Below are positions 61,290 to 64,000 of a stretch of DNA of 64,000 nt, piece by piece; positions within the stretch are counted from its first letter, which is position 1; each line of letters starts with the position of its first letter. The notes beneath the pieces were generated by a model, which was not told the origin of the DNA, made no database searches, and saw only the letters and a program-made list of their open reading frames with translations. Position numbers and translations under genes: made by a program. This stretch comes from Eledone cirrhosa (lineage: Eukaryota): positions 149,916,001 to 149,980,000 of the forward strand of contig OZ024740.1 in the NCBI GenBank assembly GCA_964016885.1, written 5' to 3'.

Positions 61290-61550
61290 TTCGACTATGA
61301 GCGTTCCAGTAATTCGATCAACAGAACAACCTCATCATGATAGTGACAGAAACTGGAAGATTTAGTATGGTACAGTGTGTGACTAGACTGGCACTTTTAT
61401 TTACCAGTTATAGTCTAACCGACGGGCTTCCAAACAGATTCCGTGAAACCAATTTCCCTCACATGGAATTGTTCAACCCGAGGCCATAGTAAATGATATT
61501 GCCCAAGATGCCAATCAGTGGGATCGAACTCGCGACGTAATGATAGTGTG
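61290..61550 (-). mobile_element. Degenerate SINE
   Basis: Minus-strand B-box gagttcgatccc followed by ggcatcttgggcaa. Confidence 0.55.
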
Positions 61551-61661
61551 TCAATTTTGATCTATCAGGTACCACGTATTACACGATGGAGAGCTCGTGT
61601 ATAAAGCTTTCGTACACCTCCAACATCATTCATCCATTTAAAATATTCAAACTATAAGCAG

Positions 61662-61960
61662 AGGCATGGCTGTGTAGTCATGGGATTCACTTTGTAACCA
61701 GGTGGTTTCGAATTTACTCCCATTGCGTGGCATCTTGGACAAGTGTCTTCTACTATAACTTACAGTTCACCAATTTCTTGCCAGTGAAATTCGGTGAGCG
61801 GAAACGGTAGAAGCCCGTCGTATATATATATATGCATATATGTCTTGCATATATATTTAAGTGTCTCGTTAGGATTGTGTCTGTGTCTAAGTCTATGTCC
61901 TGTAACTTGGCGGTTCAGCAAAGTGAGATCGATAAAAAAATAATAAGAGCATTTATGATC
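61662..61960 (+). mobile_element. Degenerate SINE
   Basis: ggcatggctgtgtagt...gcgtggcatcttggacaagtgtcttctactata; related to the 61290 copy. Confidence 0.6.
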
Positions 61961-62030
61961 TCTTCACTGTGGGGCCCCATATTGGCCATAATACATGAAA
62001 CCAGTAAAACAATAAAAGAAGAAAAGAAAC

Positions 62031-64000
62031 ATCTCTTCTTCGCCCACCTATTTTTGAAAGGGTCGTGAGGGAAGAGTCCTTCAACATCCTTCCAGCGGGT
62101 CCTGCCAGAAGCAACCGTCTCCAAATGATCTGGCTGGATCCCCAAGAGAGACCAGCCAAGCTCATGGATGTTATCCAACCATCTTGCTCGGGGTCAATTC
62201 CTGTATCTCCTGTTGGTTGGTTTCGCTCGTAAAATCTGTCCAGCGATTCTTTCCTGAGACATTCTAACCACATGCCCCTAGTATCGGAGCTGTGATCTCT
62301 TAATTCGGAGAAGTAGCGGCTCTACCTGGAGTGACTCGCTGATCTCTGAGATATGCACTCTATCGAGTAACGTTACTCCAGAGACCCTTCGGGAGAACCC
62401 CATTTCGGCTGCTTGTATTCGCGATCGTATTCTTTCGGTCATTACCCAAAATTCATGACCATAGGTAAAGATTGGCCAAAATACCGAATTGAAGATAGCG
62501 AGTTTAGCTTTTACACCTACACCTCTTCTTCTGATTACCGAATGCTGGATCTTGCGCATTACTTTACCCGCTCCTGCGATTCTTGCACTTACTTCAGTCT
62601 TCTACTTTTCATCACCCGTGTATTCGGCCCCGAGAAACTTGAACTTCTCTACATCCTTTAGTGGATTTCCATTCGAGTGCAGAGTCACTGCGCAGGCTTT
62701 ATTGACATGCTGAAAGTCGGAGATCACTTTCTGTGTCGAGTTAAGTAACATCATGCCGTCGGCAAATTCCAGCTGACATATTTTACACCCACCAATCGTG
62801 ATATCACATCCAACCCGGCTGCCCATGTCAATCCTGTTCATGAATGTAATGAACAGGAGAGGTGACAGTACGCTCCCTTGGCGGAGTCCAATTCCCACAT
62901 TGAATGATTTCAATTTAGCACCATTTACCCGAACACAAATACTCGGGTATTCGTATAGAGACATCAGGGCAACAAGAAGCTGACCGTCGATCCCATACTC
63001 CTGCACAACCTTCCACAGCAGATCCCGAGGAACGTGGTGATATGTATTTTCAAGATCTACAAAACAAGTATATACCTCTCAGCAATACTCCCACGATTTC
63101 TCGAAGACCTACCGAAGTATGAATATTTGGTCGGCTGTGCTGCGCCGAAAGCCACACTGTTCATCAGCTAGCTTCAGCTTGACAATCGCCCTGCATCTCT
63201 TTACCTGGCATTTTACATAGATTTTACCGAGGAGGCATAACAAGGAGATCTCCCTGTAATTAGAATAATCTTTCTCGTCTGCCTGTTTGAAAATTGGGAT
63301 TACCACTCCCTATTGCCATTGCTTAGGTACCTTTCCAGAGATCCAGGCCACCCGGAATACACGAGTCAGCCAGAGATTACCTTATCTATTTAAGGCCTTT
63401 AGCATCTCGGGCCGAATTTTATCTTCCCCAGTGGCCTTACCACATTTTAGCCCTTTAACTGCTCTAATAACCTCAACCTTTGAGAGATTGATCACCGCTT
63501 CCAAATGCACCTCATGTACATCAGAAGATGCTGTTGTGATCGGATTTAGGAAATCAGCAAGGTATTTTCTTTCCACCTACTGAGGATGCACCTCCATGAA
63601 ATGAGAAGAACCTCATGCACGTTGCTGATAGTAGGTGTGGAGGAAGACTTCTTATTACGAAGTCGGTGAATGGTCTGCCAAAACACTATTTACCTACTTA
63701 AAGATGGATTCCAGCTTAACCCCAAAGTCGTCCAATGTCTTAACTTTGGACGCCTTTACTGACTCTGCAGCGATTCTTGGTGCCTCTTTGTACCGCAAGA
63801 ACAAGAAGGAGGATTTATTTCCAAACCAAGCTTTGTAGGGTCCCATCTTTGCTCGAATGTCATCTTTGACCTTTTGATTGAAGCAAAGGGTCCTCACGCC
63901 ATCTGGCGTCACACAAAGCTTCTTTTGGCCACAGCATTTAACAGCTGAAGCAGAAACTGCTGAGCTAAACAATCCCCACTCTGTCTCAGCGTCCTCAGTT
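62031..64000 (-). mobile_element. RTE-clade LINE (RT region, runs off the window)
   Basis: KATGEDKIRPEMLK, NYREISLL, EQCGFR, GLRQGSVLSPLLF, EFADG, IQAAEMGF. Confidence 0.9.

Overview
Eukaryotic, intron/intergenic-type DNA, very rich in (TA)n/(CA)n microsatellites and decayed retroelements. The SINE family and repeat landscape suggest an octopus-like cephalopod (inference). The only clear host gene is a chitin-deacetylase-like (CE4/NodB) exon on the minus strand (10586-11565). The rest is Penelope-like elements (PLEs; RT plus C-terminal GIY-YIG) of several lineages, RTE, CR1-, R4/Dong- and CRE-like LINE fragments, tRNA-derived SINEs and one non-autonomous Helitron. The hidden layer, read by eye, is about 20 type I hammerhead ribozyme (HHR) motifs in non-coding PLE tails and short non-coding elements. 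They include U3-A8 core variants and versions with very long stems II/III. Many sit in fold-back insertions that range from ORF-bearing PLEs with inverted ends to pure palindromes whose symmetry axis coincides with the 5' end of the ribozyme. The strongest candidate for a new system is a non-coding, retrozyme-like element at 22060-22908. It is a 633-nt unit plus a 216-nt direct repeat, and both copies start exactly at the predicted HHR cleavage site, as expected for a cDNA copied from a self-cleaved or circular RNA. All folds are manual predictions and untested.
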